From Octopus vulgaris (lineage: Eukaryota), in the NCBI GenBank assembly GCA_951406725.2, contig OX597823.1:69564001-69628000 (forward strand): 64,000 bases of DNA, read 5' to 3'. The position numbers and the translations under genes were made by a program. Below are positions 1-14,820 of this stretch, piece by piece. Each line of letters begins with the position of its first letter. The first letter of the stretch is position 1. The notes below the pieces were generated by a model. The model was not told the DNA's origin and made no database searches. It was given only the letters and a program-made list of their open reading frames with translations.

Positions 1-684
1 TGATAAGCGTGAGATTTAACTGCTATTTTTCACAACCCACTGACTACATGTAGCAGGCATTCCCTCGTTGATTTCATATATTTCTTCTAATTAGTGACTA
101 TTTACAATTTGTTGTGTCCATTCCCCTCTTAGTAGTCTTAAGCATTTGGCTGCACCCCCAATTCTTCGTACCATATTCTTATCGAACAAATCATAAGTTT
201 CAGACATATACTGGGATCGATATGTTTCTAAGAAATATTGATTTACAAATCAGAAAGAAATCATTATTCTAGGACTTTATCTTCTAGATGATGTTTCATA
301 TAATTATATAATCCATTATATGTTTTACTTAAAATTTATCACAAAACTAAATTGAAATCTATAACTGTTACACTGTATATGTATAAATATCAATTCTGTT
401 CTAGAAACACGGGTTGTTGTTATTGTTTTTTAGCTCAGTATTCTTGATTGATCAGAGGTATCCTGTAATCAAATGCACAGTAGTTTGAACATTCGGTTGT
501 TTTATTAATTCACACGATGTCAAATATTAGACACACAAATACATATAGGGGCATTCAAACTCTAATGGAGTTGCAGGGATGACGTTGATATACAGTGTTC
601 TCCCTGAACATTTTAAACAGTGCGAATTTCATCCGTCTGAGTTCTTTGACGGATAAACTTCTTCCAGAAATAAAGACATAAACG

Positions 685-830
685 AAAAATCGACCCAGTA
701 TGTTTACTAGTTCATATAGAGTCTGAAAAGCTGAGAGGTAAAGTTGACGTCAGTGAGAAATGAAATCCGGGCGTAGTAAACCGGAACAAATGCAGAGTGT
801 TCTGACGACTCTGCTAATTCGCCGTCTTGT
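685..830 (-). mobile_element. Degenerate SINE family A copy
   Basis: Reverse-complement similarity to the family A head/body (ctgctaattcgccgtcttg, aaagttgacgtcagtg). Confidence 0.5.
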
Positions 831-3800
831 CTAAGACTATTGTATTCAATGTGTCATATTTGAAGACTGTACGATATGATCTGAGGTAGAATTTGTTACT
901 TTCTCTAACAATGTAAACGACAGTAGCAGAGCTCTCAATTTGGCTCGTGAAATTAGGTAGTTTTCTACAGGTTCACAATCAAATTAATTCGAGTACATAA
1001 TAAAAAACAAATTAGACTATTGCAATGGTTTCCCATTGATATAATTCTGAAACCCAATATAGTTGAGTCATGTGTTCTCTAGATCAGGCAACAGAATATG
1101 GAATTACATTCGCCTGTCTAACATGTATTCCCTTTAACTTCGGTTGTATTTGGCCACGTAAAAATGATCACAGCAAGATTGACGTGAAATATGCAATGTA
1201 TAAGTTATAATAGCTGAACAGCTGTTTATTGTTTGACGATCAGTAAAGGCAGCAGGAAAACTTTGAGGAAAGAGAAAAAAACTATATTCAGTGAAAACCG
1301 CACGGAAACCGGACATATTATTGGACATATTGATAAATGAGACACAGAGAACTAGAGAAAAGTAGAGAATATATGAGAGAGAAAGAAGGGAGATTGATAG
1401 CGCTAGGAAGAAAGATAATTGATTTACTGTTCCCTTAATAACGTTAGATTATTGTCCCAAGATAAAATGATCTATTGAATAAAGAAGTCTGTATATCAGC
1501 AAAAAAAGTGGGGCGAAAAACTTGTAAACAGGCACCAATTTAGTCGTTGGCTGTTTCAGCCTCCCAAATATTTTTATATAAATATTTATTGAATATGGAA
1601 TGAATTTTACCACCTCTTTTGTCTTCTGAAGCTTGAAATATGATGCCGGTAATTGATTTTATATTCCTCATATAGGCACTGCTGTGTTACATCAAAGCTA
1701 ACATTTAATAACCGGGTTTCTGAGAGTAAAATAGAGCAAAATGTAAGAATTTGTTTTGAGGAAACCTTGGTATTCCGAGTTTTTACTTTCGGTTGGTGCA
1801 TCTAATGATGGAGCTACATCAAACCTTCGAATTTTCATTAAGTATATTAATCTTTACTACTAGACCTTTTACCACCGCGTCTCAATTTGGCAAATTGATA
1901 ACTCGCTTTAAAACATTCTGGTGGGCTGTCTATTTTTCTCGGCAAAACATTCCAGGTTTTAATGTCTTGTTATCTAACACACACACCGGTTGGATTTCCC
2001 CTCATTTATTATTTATATTTTTTCTTCCAAAATTTCCTAGCTTTTGCAACGTTGTCAATGACAAGGTTGCAAAAGCAACGAAAATTTTGGAAGAAAATAT
2101 ATAAATGATAAATTCCAAGTTTTGTTAACAGTAAATATTGTAAAGCAGCCTTAGCACTTATGTTTTATTGCACAACAATAATCAACTATACAAGAAAAAT
2201 ATTCACCTACCTAAGACACCAATCTTTTGTCGCTGATTTTCGTCAGTCTGGGAGACTGAAATCATCATTACAAGGAGGTGAATCACTCATTTTGTTTACT
2301 TTATTTCCACCTCTTAACGCAGCGAGTAATGTCAAACTATAAGAGTTAATTGTAGATAATGGCTTCACTGGAGTATATGTAGCCTGTTATCAGTCACCAT
2401 GTCCACTCAATTAGCGGTAATTTTACATTTATTATTATATATATGTATGTGTACAAATATCGTATGTATTATGCTTATTAATCTGGATATTTGTAATGCC
2501 CGTGTCCTTGAAATTAAGAGGATTTATATTTCCTTGTGTAGACAGGCAAAATGCCACATATTCACAGGAGTGAAGACTCGATTATATCGAGCTGAATACT
2601 TTTATCAGTATTTTATCAACTCCAGAAGGTTAAAGTTTTAAATCATATTTGAAAACGGAACGTAAATAGACGTATTGGGTTACATTGCATAGGTTTAGGC
2701 GGAGATTTCTTGAGTGGTTTTGCAAACGCAGCCTCGGTTTTACATATTCTATTCACTAAGATATTGTCAATTTGTACCTATCAGCTAAACACTATTGTAG
2801 ATGATACTTATATTGGTTTTCACGCCAAATTGTTATAGGATGTCTAGAGACACAGAGACTACGGCTACAATTAGCCGGCGGATTACGAAGCAGACGCACA
2901 CTGTATTTTGAATGACAATTTGGACGACTATAGCGCTGATCATTCACTTTAAAACACTTGTGGAGACAATACTATGACGAAGACACATCGGAGATAATTA
3001 GTCCAGCCAAGGAGATTAGTTTGTTTTCATAATTTGTAGTAATTTTAGTGAGTAATGGAATATCATCTCCTGCTGCTCAGCTCTGGTTATACCAAAACCC
3101 AAGGAACATAAACAGATGCAGATTAAATATTGGTTTCATATTTTGGTACAAGGCCAGCAACTCCAGGGAAGGAGGCAAGTCGATTACATCGACCCCAGTG
3201 CTCAACTCCACTTATTTTATCGACCACTAAAAGATGAAAGGCTTGATTAATCCACTTAATTCTCAAATATAGTCTAAGTAGGGTTGTATTATACTGTTTA
3301 TTCTTCCGACCTTTGAAGATGGTTGGGTGTAACCTGAGGTGAGATTTGGTTTCTACTTCTAGCAGATTAAGCTCTGTAGTTGGTTCAACGCATAAAACCT
3401 TATTTTGGTATAACCGATGTTAATGTTGAAATGAATATTTTAGGCGGGGCCTTGCATTAGTCCAAACCAATGGTAGTTGAAGTTAAATTTTAATTGGTTC
3501 ACATTAGTGGTTAATACACACTGAATCATATTTCAGAGAGAGAGAGAGAGCATGTCTGTGTGTGTGACTATAATAGGAAATTCTGATGGGTGAGGGTGAC
3601 TTCGGTGACTTCGGTAGGAGGCTGAATACTCGTACACAGTCTGGGAAAGAGACACAACATGTAGATAAGAACTGAGTTATTGATTAGGATATTTTATCGA
3701 TAAATATTTCATCTATTAATTTATTCATTTCATTAGAGTTAGTTTTTGAGTGAAAGAAAGAAAAATAACATAAAGCAAAACTTAGTTGTTTTTTTATATA

Positions 3801-5184
3801 AAATAAATAGATTTATCAATTACTTCTGTTTACAGAAATTGATACGGGTATGTTTGCTGTCTCCTGTCTCTGAAAGCCAGGCATTAAGTTAATTACAGTT
3901 TAGATAGCTTCCAGAATTTGAATCTTTACAGAGTTTCCAGTCAACTAAAGGCTAAATCAATTATTTAATATTTATGATGTTATAATCACAGAGGATATTA
4001 CATCTGGAAATATTCAGAGAAATTTATAAGCAATCGTTGTAGGAAAAAGTAAATAACACCAATGAAATTCGAAGAATCCTTATGCCATCAATCGACTAAA
4101 AGCCTACGCCTCATGATAGTTTGGTCATTTAATGATGTATATTCGTGTTGCTTTTACTGTTATAATTTAGATATGGCTATGAACTATCAATGTATTATTT
4201 TTTTGTAGTTATTATACTGAAAAATATTAGAAATAGAAATCAATGTTTGCTTTAAGAAGGTAATAGGAAATATTACATTTTGGGAGCCTTCTGATACATC
4301 ATTTGAAATATGCATGTCTCATTTCCATTTAAGAACTTCATTTAGCGAAACTAAATATCTGCCCTGGTTTACACTGAAGAATTGTATTATATGTTACAAA
4401 ATATCTGCAACATTATTACTCTTGATCACTATATTGTACTTCAAAATGTATGTTCTTGCGATTTACATTAGCGGCATGAACATTTTCAACGAAGAGTAAT
4501 CGGTTTGTATTCTGCTCTGCTTATTTCAGTTAGGTATCAGTTAGATATATCTCATGAGACTGATGCAAGTTATCAATAATCATGCCGAATAAAATGTATT
4601 GCGAATCCTTTATGTACAAGGTTTCAGTGTTGCTGTTACAGCGAGTGTTTTATTGTCTCCAGCCCAGTGACTCGTATGATTGAGCAGACGTATAATCAAA
4701 TATTTCAACCAGTACATCCGGAGCTATATTATTGCAATGACTACTCTATTTTAAAGTCGACTAGGTGAGATTTGAATTAGAATTACCATCAATTTATTGT
4801 AAGCTGAGAGACAACGTAAAAGCTTCTGTCATTGATCTGTTGATTCGAGGGTTGCTTTTCAAGCTGGTAGCTCAGAAGGAATAAATGTATAGATCTTCCG
4901 TGAGAGCTTAAAATTTTCTGAGATAGGACAATATACAGTTCTTACAAACAGTGAATCACCTAAGCGTAAAAAATTCGAAAATGAAAAACATTCCCCAAGA
5001 TCCTATGAAAGTTGTTTGAAGATACGTGTTTAACTCTTTTTACATAAAAATAGTAGATGGAACCTTAGTTTCCCTGTTGCTAGGACTCTAATCTAATTGG
5101 AGCATCGATAAATTCGAAGCACGGCCTATGGCCAACAGATAATCATTGTTCATTAGTTTGTCGCACATCAAAAGATATTGCTAT

Positions 5185-6035
<851 letters not shown>

Positions 6036-6760
6036 TGGGGGCGAGGAGCAGGAGTTTATTTTTGTTTAGCCCCGCATCAATACTTATTAAACAGAGTTAC
6101 GCTTTGAAAACATTCTTGCTGTGACCATTCTTATTATTTCATATTTTTTTCTTTTGTTCAGTATGCTCCTTTCTAACGTTCAGTATGTTCCGTTCTAATT
6201 TTAGTCTTTGATTTGAGGACAACCGAATATCAAAAGAGAACCCAAGCATGGCATCAACACAATTTATTGACTAAGGCTTGCACTTTCGTCACACATGGTG
6301 ACAACTAATCGTATGTCCCGTCATATCATGTTTATACTAATTGAATTTTGTAGCATCATTATCCTTCGTGATAGTTTTTGACTATATCATTAGAAAGCCA
6401 CATATGTTTCATTCTCCATCGAAAATTATGTCTTCACAGACGGACAACACCGGGTATCTCAAACAATGCCTGCCCTCTTCTTTCAGTCTTGTACTTTAAC
6501 CGAGGGAGGTCTTCATAACTTAGTTCCTCACAAGTAAATGTTTGTATACAGGTGACACTGAAGCCAAATCGAAATTCGAAATGCTCCTTCTATATTTCCT
6601 TTGAAGACAGCCAGTCTAGGATCACCTCATGTTTTACAACCGGAGGCTGTGGTTCAAGAGGCAATTTGTCTGCTCTTTAAAGCGTGTCAGACGGAAGTTT
6701 CGTTTATTTTTGTGTTGTTGTGAGTCGCAACTATTAGTAATATGAAAATTGAAGAAGACG

Positions 6761-6802
6761 ATGTCCCACCTTAACGCTAACATGTCCCACCTTAACGCTA
6801 AC
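6761..6802. repeat. Exact 21-bp tandem duplication
   Basis: atgtcccaccttaacgctaac occurs twice in tandem. Confidence 0.95.
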
Positions 6803-7252
6803 AATTAGTATGATCCGTTTCATTAAAGTCAACATCACTTTGGTTGCAAAGAAATCAATTTAGATATCATAGAAAGAGATACTTTACACTCATTTAGTAG
6901 AACTTTATTTAATTAAGTGAGTTATATTAGTGTGATGTAATGAGAATAAACATTTAGTTCTGTCGCTTATAATACAGCAGACATTTTTTTTTATATATAT
7001 ATATTTCGGTTTTACGTTTTTCTTTACATTTTCTTTCTTTTACTTTCTTTCTTCCTTTTTTTTTTTCTTTTGCTAATGTGAACAACCACTTAATTTCTCA
7101 AATTCTAGTCATTATATATAATTAGTGATTATATTTAATTGGATTCGTGCTTCTATTTTAAATCAATATTTGTATATTGATTGTATGAGGTATGCAAGTC
7201 TGGAAATTCCCATAAATTTTTTTCTTAACAGATGTTATTGTTCTAGTTATTA

Positions 7253-7310
<58 letters not shown>

Positions 7311-7315
7311 CATCA

Positions 7316-8127
7316 TGGCAGCGAGCTGACAGGGTGCTTATGACACCGGATGAAATGCTTAGCGGTATTTCGCCCGTCTTTACGTTCTGAGTTCAAATTC
7401 CATCGAATTCGACTTTGCCTTTCATTCTTTCCGGGTTGATAAATTAAGTAGCAGTTGGGTATTGGAGTCAATCTAATCGACTGGCCCCCTCCCCCAAAAT
7501 TTCGGCCCTGTGCCTAGAGTGGAAAAGATTATTATTAGTGTTGTTGCTGTTGTTGTTATTGTTATCATCATGGCAGCGAGCTGTCAGAATTGTTAGCGTA
7601 CTGAATGAAATGCTTAGCGGTATTTCGCCTGTCGCTACGCTCTGAGTTTAAAGTATGCCTTTCATCCTTGCGGGGTCGATAAACAAGTACCAGTTGTTAT
7701 CGGCATTTCTTCCGTCTTTTTTTACGTTTTGGTTTCCGATTTCCGCCATTCGGAGGTCGATAAAGTAAGTACCAAGCAAATACTGTGCTCCATGTAATAG
7801 ACTTACTCTCTCCTTTACTGACACTGTCCTAACATTTGAAACCATCATCATCATTAATGATGTTTTTGTTGTTGTTGTTTATGATGTTGTTGCTGTTGCT
7901 GCAACTCTATGCAAGGCGGCGGGCTGGCAGAATCGTTATAATGCCGGGCAAAATGCTTAGCGGCATTTCGCCTCTCTTTATGTTCTAAGTTCAAATTCCG
8001 CCGAGCCGACTATACTTTTCATCAATAACATAAGTACCAGCTCTGCACTGAGGTTAATATAATCGACTAGCCCATCTCCTAAGAAATTTCAGGCCTTGTG
8101 TCTATGGTAGAAATTTTGTTGTTGTTG

Positions 8128-8159
<32 letters not shown>

Positions 8160-8860
8160 GGTGGTGGTGGCGTTAGTGTTGTTGGTGCCTTTGTTGTTTA
8201 GTCCTAGAGTAGTAATGACTGAGCGATCTATCATTAAAAATTTCAATCCAATGAATTCTTGTCTGTATTTTTTCCATATTCTGTATTTTTTGCTGAATCA
8301 ACAAATTAACAAGCAAGATGACGAGCTGGCAGGATCGTTAGCACGCCAGGGAAAACGCCTAGCAGCGTTTCGTCTAACTCTAGATTCGGAGATCAAATTC
8401 TGCCGAGATCAACTTTCCCTTTCATCCTTTCGGAATCGATAAAATGAGCACCGGTTGAGCACTGGGCTCGATAAAATCGATTCGTCCCTTACCCCGAATT
8501 TGCAAGTCTTGAGCCAAAATTTCAAACCAATGTTTATACAAACAAGTAACCTAGAAGGTAGGTAATTGAGATCTTGATCATGAGGTCATAGATTCGATTC
8601 CTGGGACAGAAGGCGTGTAATGTTCTTGGCCAATTTACTTCACTTCATTAAGGCGGTGGGCTGACAGAAACGCTAGCACACAGGGCGAAATGCTTAGCTG
8701 TATTTCGTCCGTCTTTACGTTCTGAGTTCAAATTCCGCCAAGGTCAACTTTGCCTTTCATCCTTTCGGGGTCGATAAATTAAGTACCAGTTGCGTACTGG
8801 GAGCGATCTAATCGACTGCTCCTCAAAAATTTCAGGCCTTGTGCCAAGAGTAGAAAAGAA
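7316..8860 (+). mobile_element. Cluster of five same-orientation SINE family A copies (about 7316, 7572, 7915, 8318, 8652) mostly separated by trinucleotide repeats
   Basis: Repeated ggcggcgagctggcagaa...gttctgagttcaaattccgccgaggtcgactttgcctttcatcc motif. The A-box/B-box-like (gagttcaaattcc) head suggests tRNA origin. Confidence 0.9.
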
Positions 8861-9297
8861 ATTTGCTTTACTTCACTCTTGAGGTTGAACCAGCAGTTTT
8901 CTTTAATATGCGACAATTTATATAAGAGCATTAGATTGCATAATCCGTTTTTCTGGGTACCTTTATTTCTGAAGTTCACTCTAGAAAAATGGTAACAGTA
9001 AGGTGACAACTGAAATATTCATATTAGAATTATTTTGTTTTTTTAATGGATTGTAGCTAGAGTTTGGAAAAACTCCAAAGTATGGAAAACTACATGTATT
9101 TGGAATATAACAATGGCATTTGAAGCAGAACAAAACATGAGCAATAATTCAATTCGGTCCGCTTAGCTTCTGTATATACTTCGTTTAATTCACTGATAAA
9201 ACTGTCGACTTAATCTTCAAACACATCTGTCAAACTTTGTAGTTGAACCTATCTATGTCTTGTGGTGAAGACTTGTTTATAACAATGAAAACGTACA

Positions 9298-9590
9298 TGG
9301 TGGTAGTAGTGATGGCGGTGATGGTGGTGTTGGTGGTGGTGGTGGTGGTGGTGGTTATCGTCGTCGTCGTCGTGGCTGTGGTGGTGGCGGTGGTGGCGGT
9401 GGTGGTGGTTTTAGTGTGCGTTTGGTGGTAGTTTTGGTGATGGCTGTCCTAGTAATAATGGTGGTAGTGATAACGGATGATAATTATAAAGACAATGATG
9501 AGGATGAGAACGGGAGACGACCATCAATATAACCACCACGGTGATGACGACGACAACGACGACGATGATGATGATGATGATGATGACTTT
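9298..9590. repeat. (GGT)n/(GAT)n low-complexity tract
   Basis: Direct inspection. Confidence 0.9.
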
Positions 9591-9977
9591 TGTTATTAAA
9601 TTTTAAAGAAATGTTCCTATGTCTAGCATTAATTCTGAACATGTCCATGGTGATTGTACAATCATGTTGGTATACATTTACATGTTCTTTTTCATTGTGA
9701 ATGGTTTATTAGCATTTGTCCACAAGGCAATTTATCTCAATAAACTCATTTAAATATGTACTCGGTTCTTGAAACAAATTCATCTCTCTACTGACACTGA
9801 CAGGATTTACAAACGCTATATGCTTGCTTAGTTAAAAATTGTAGTTAATAATATTCTGAAATTAAAATTACTAGTGTCAATTTGAAAACCTGATAACTTA
9901 TGCATGCGTCTGACAAATTCATAAATATATGCAGTTTATTAAATTTTTTCAAAGTAGGTTTGACTCAAATTTTTTTT

Positions 9978-10279
9978 CTCCCTTTTCAAGCCTAGCCAGG
10001 CTCATGATCCCGGTTTCTCTGTTTCTGTGGCGTATGTGTTCCCCCAGCTGGACGGGACGCCAGCCCATCGCAGCGTTACTCAAGAAACAGGAAGAAAGAG
10101 TGAGAGAAAGTTGGGGTGAAAGAATACAACAGGGGTCGCCACCACCCCACTGCCAGAGCCTCGTGGAGCTTTAGGTGTTTTCGCTCAATAAACACGCACA
10201 ACGCCCAATCTGGGAATCGAAACCACGATCCTCCGACCGCGAGTCCGCTGCCCTAAGCACTGGGTCATTGCGCCTCCAC
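9978..10279 (-). mobile_element. SINE family C (tRNA-like head), full length
   Basis: Reverse complement of 45489-45792. Head gtggaggcgcaatgacccagtg...ggtttcgattccc with A/B boxes. Confidence 0.9.
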
Positions 10280-11898
10280 AGGTTTGGCTCAATAGCAGCA
10301 CATAACAAATACAGAGAGTCTCTCCAAGCCCTAAATCATGAAAGATGAATTTGAAAACCTTCATGAAATTTAAACCTAGAATTTAAAATTGAGATTCAAA
10401 ATATTTCGAGAAACTTAGTAATATGTTTCGGCAATATTTTAACTCTGAAACTTTTTTTCCTTTGGCATCTTGCAAACATAAGTATACATAAATGCGTGGC
10501 GCAAGACACGCAGGGTGCCTGGTAAAATGCGTAGCGATATAATTTAATTTGTGTCAAAGTCAGACTGAAACAGAATGGCAAAGCGCGCAACACATTTATT
10601 GTCACATCAACCCTACAAAGCTCCGAGTCTTCCATATATTGCAATAAACATTAAACCTCTTTATTGCAGATCTACTTTCTATCTTAAGCAATTGCGTAAA
10701 CCGTAATGCTTTTCTGAGGATGACTACACATTCTTTTATAAAACGATCTGATTCTCGTAACCAAGTGAAAAAAAACCGACAGACTAAAAAGTTCGCTTTA
10801 TCAACACACTTCTATATCCCATATATAGTTTACATTAGCACTATCTCTTTTACCATGCCTACAATACTTTCTCCGACTTTGTATCACCGATCTAAAACTT
10901 CTGAAACACCATCCACCTCTGATATTCTGTATCTAAGCTGAAACTCCCAACACTAAATTATATCGCCAAAGTCACTTTTCCCAATAATGATCAATATACA
11001 GGAGTTAAATATGAACATTAGTGACTCCTACTTCATCATTCAGGGCAGATATGAATTAATTATTGTAGGTTGCTCTATCCTCTCATTGTTAATATACACA
11101 TATTTCATAAAGAACAATACTGTGCAGAAATACGTATAAGTAATTGACTCTCAAGACACAATGCGGAGTTGTAAATGACATTTATCTACGGTTTCATAGT
11201 GTTAAGAGGATGACCGATATATATTTTCAGTGCCGACATTAATTCAAATAAAACATCGAACACTGAGCTAAATTGATTGAATGTACTAAAAGTCACCTTT
11301 CTTATAAACACGACGAACGACATTCAAACAAGGAATCGAAACCGATCACCTTTGAGGAGGAAGGTCAATTCGATATTCTCTTGGCTACCTGCGCCTACAT
11401 ATACGCTCAGACATGTCAATACGACAAACGTAAAATCAAGACAAGATTCACGTAGGTACGTAAGTCTGATTGATGTATTTAATTTCTGTTCCTAAACATT
11501 AAGCAAATCGCACAGAAAAAATCCTGATGGACATGACACCAACTGGGAAACATTTGTTGGCATTCCAGACAATTTATGAAAATGTTCATTGCTTCATTGC
11601 CTAGACTGGAAAATGGTTAAATATCTTTGAAAAGTAGGAATAATTACATTGGTCGATTGCATTCTTCCCACGACACTACTGGTACATATCTAATTTAGAA
11701 GTATGGTTGGTTAAATTCTTTTGTATTCATATCTCATTTCAAATTATTGTATTTGAATATAGAAGATTAGTCTGCTATATTTTGTTTGTAACTCTACATC
11801 TCAATATCTTTACAATACACTAAAATATCAAGAATTATACGTGTGTGGGTGTGCGTGTGTGTATGTGTGCGCGTATCGTCGCGTATACACACACATAC

Positions 11899-11946
<48 letters not shown>

Positions 11947-12019
11947 GTGCATTTATATACTTACGTACATACCTTCACAAGCACATACTAATATTGGATA
12001 CTCAAATTGCTGTTAGTCA

Positions 12020-13075
12020 TTGAGGTGTTGTTTTGATAGTCTGGTGACTAGGATTGTTATAAACAGCTTACAGAAGTGAGACAAGAGGCATATGGGGCGA
12101 TAATTTCTTAATTTTCTTTATAATCCGTCGTATGAACCAAGATGTTACTCGACTCTTTCCACAGCGACGCTGTTTTACCCTCCTTCAAATAGAGATTGAA
12201 GTGTAGAACGAGGATTTTCAACAGTTCTTCACCTCTGCATCATAACGTATCTGTTGTTCTGCAATCTTTTCCTGGGGCTTTCTCTCTTTTCGTCAGCTTG
12301 GGAGCATTTTCAGTTTTACTGAACAGAATAAGCGGCACTTCTTTCAACATTTGTGGTTGTGGTGGATTGCATTTCACTGATGACTTTTAAGAAAGTTGTT
12401 GAAGATTTTGCATGCCTCTTCCATTTGCCCTTTGTATGTTACAGTGAACTCATCCTCCTTAAGCGCCGTCACTTCTGACCTACAGAGTTCGGGCTCTCCT
12501 CTAATTCTTTTTAGAACTGAACTTTCCTCTACAACCTGCATAATTTTCTAATTCCTTACCGTAATGTTGTCTGATCCCTTTCGAATGAACGGAATACTCA
12601 AGGTGAGATTTCATGTTCCTTTTCACATTCTTCTGTTTCTGTAGCATTTTCTTCGTTTCCTCTCAGATACTTCCGACAGGCACTCGCTGGCTTGTTGCTC
12701 TCGCCTTCAACTAGCAGCTTTTAATCTTCTGGACCAGTGAATTGTAGCCCTTATCCAGCTCTTCAAGCTGACTCCAAGCTTTCATCTTCACAGCGTCATA
12801 TCGAACGCTTCGACGTGTTGATTCTTTAATGACATGTGCAGTGTCTTTTTCTCTCTGATTTGTTGATTATGATCTTCGCCCCAGGCAAGTGATGGTCACA
12901 GCCTGCGTTGAATTGCGCTATCATCGCAACGTCCTAAAATATGCGCTGTTTTACCGGCAAGTATGTAGTAAATGTACTTTTTGTACAGAGCGTTGGGACA
13001 GTCCAGGTCCATCTCCTTCCAGATTACTTCCTAAATATGCTTTTCCGAATGTAGTCTTCGTGCTTTGCTATGGTA
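12020..13075 (-). mobile_element. Decayed RTE-clade LINE (end of AP endonuclease to start of RT)
   Basis: Manual minus-strand translation with stops and frameshifts gives RRWTW...FNAGCDHHL, then KAPGKD...LWKESSNIL...NYRPICLLSHFCKLF. Confidence 0.85.
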
Positions 13076-13199
13076 ACTAAACGTTCCCCTCTTTCTTTTC
13101 TCTCTCTCATTTTTCTTTTTTCTTTTACTTGTTTCAGTCATGTGACTGTGGCCATGATGGGATGGAAAGACATACATGCAGATAGACAGATAGACAGAC

Positions 13200-13283
<84 letters not shown>

Positions 13284-13438
13284 ATTAAGTGTCTAATGGT
13301 GTGAACTTGTTCATATTGTTTCTTTTAGCTGCGTCAAACATGTCTGTTACTACACATGCAGAGAACCATAAATGATTCTATGATTTATGTATGTATTCAC
13401 ACATACAGGCAGACGTGTCTTGTGCGTGCGTGCGTGCA

Positions 13439-13479
<41 letters not shown>

Positions 13480-13659
13480 AAATAGCCGCAAATTTCACTC
13501 ACCTAAACACAGGATTTTTGTAGTAGCTAATGGCCAATAAATATTCTAAACTTTGTGCTATTATAATATATTTATGTTAAGGAAATACAAAGGAAAACAT
13601 GAATATAACCTGCAGAGTAGGCATATGCACAAAAATGCACACACACACACACACACATC

Positions 13660-13930
13660 TTAGGGATACCGTCGAAAGCAACATTAAGGTTTTAATGATG
13701 AATGTTTAAGACTGGGAGCAGATGATACAAGATCGATCGGTTTGGAAAGAAGTGATCTAAAATGGCGATAAGACATTTTACATACGTAGAATCGGACAAT
13801 CCATCTTCAAACGAGCACTTCGTAAATAGGATCCCATTCCAATGCCAGACACTTTTCTCGCTGAACAAAAGGTTGTAACATCTGCAGTAGATTCCTTGCT
13901 ACTGCAGGACTTTTCAATTTCTGGCAGGAT
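13660..13930 (+). mobile_element. 3' fragment of RTE/BovB-like LINE ORF
   Basis: RDTVESNIK...DWEQMIQDRSVWKEVI*NG...KRALRK followed by a CxxC-like motif, typical of the RTE C-terminus. Confidence 0.7.
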
Positions 13931-14198
13931 CCAATTAGGTAAATAAGGTATGGTCGACCTGAAGCTATACAAAATAAAAACTTGCAAAAGATTCCACTTA
14001 AGGGAATTGAAATGGGATCAACAGGGTTAGAGAAAACTTCTTACCCATTCGGCTATACCCTGCCTACACATATCGACATACGTACACACATTCTCAAACA
14101 CATACACACAAACACACGCACGCACACACACAGACACACACACACATATATGGTTGTATGTATGTATATTTGCATACATGTATGCGTATATATATGCA

Positions 14199-14430
14199 AG
14201 GCGGCGAGCTGGCAGAAACGTTAGCACACCGGGCGAAATGCGTGGCCGTATTTCGTCTACCGTTACGTTCTGAGTTCAAATTCCGCCGAGGTCGACTTTG
14301 CCTTTCATCCTTTCGGGGTCGATAAATTAAGTACCAGTTGCGCACTGGGGTCGATGTAATCGACTTAATCCATTTGTCTGTCCTTGTTTGTCCTCTCTGT
14401 GTTTAGCCCCTTGTGGGTAGTAAAGAAATA
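14199..14430 (+). mobile_element. SINE family A, near-consensus full-length copy (tail type 1)
   Basis: Complete head, central domain and tail ending gggtagtaaagaaat. Confidence 0.95.
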
Positions 14431-14439
14431 TATATATAT

Positions 14440-14748
14440 ATACTACACGTTTTTCCTCTCCATTGGTCAGCTGAAGCTTAGGCACTGGTCACGTGACAGT
14501 TGGCCGAAACCAACGTAGCTGCTGGAGTCTACGGCGAACCACAAAGTATTTAAGGGAAAATTTGGCAGGATGGTTATTCACCTGCTGAAATTCGTCAAAC
14601 ACTACATCGAAGAAACGTCGAAAACGGTAAGTAATGGCCGAAACCGGTACTGAAATAGTTCACCCTGACGATGTCTTTAGACACAGGATCCTAGAAAGGA
14701 GTTGTTGAGGTAGCGTATATCAACTCGTGTGTTCCTTTTCACCCTTTA
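14440..14748 (+). mobile_element. Non-coding pLTR-like segment with tandem hammerhead-like motifs
   Basis: Bounded by TA repeats. Contains CTGAAG...GAAAC..GTA (about 14467-14521), TCGAAAA...GAAACcgGTA (14618-14649) and CTGACGA (14665). Confidence 0.5.
14614..14652 (+). ncRNA. Minimal type I hammerhead-like motif, U3-A8 variant core
   Basis: TCGAAAA c ggtaa-gtaa-tggcc GAAAC cg GTA. Stem III is palindromic (ACCGGT); stem I is weak. Confidence 0.5.
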
Positions 14749-14754
14749 TATATG

Positions 14755-14820
<66 letters not shown>

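Noticed and set aside
1600-2340. Possible decayed coding or transposase sequence
   Set aside because: No motif could be assigned; it needs a translated search.
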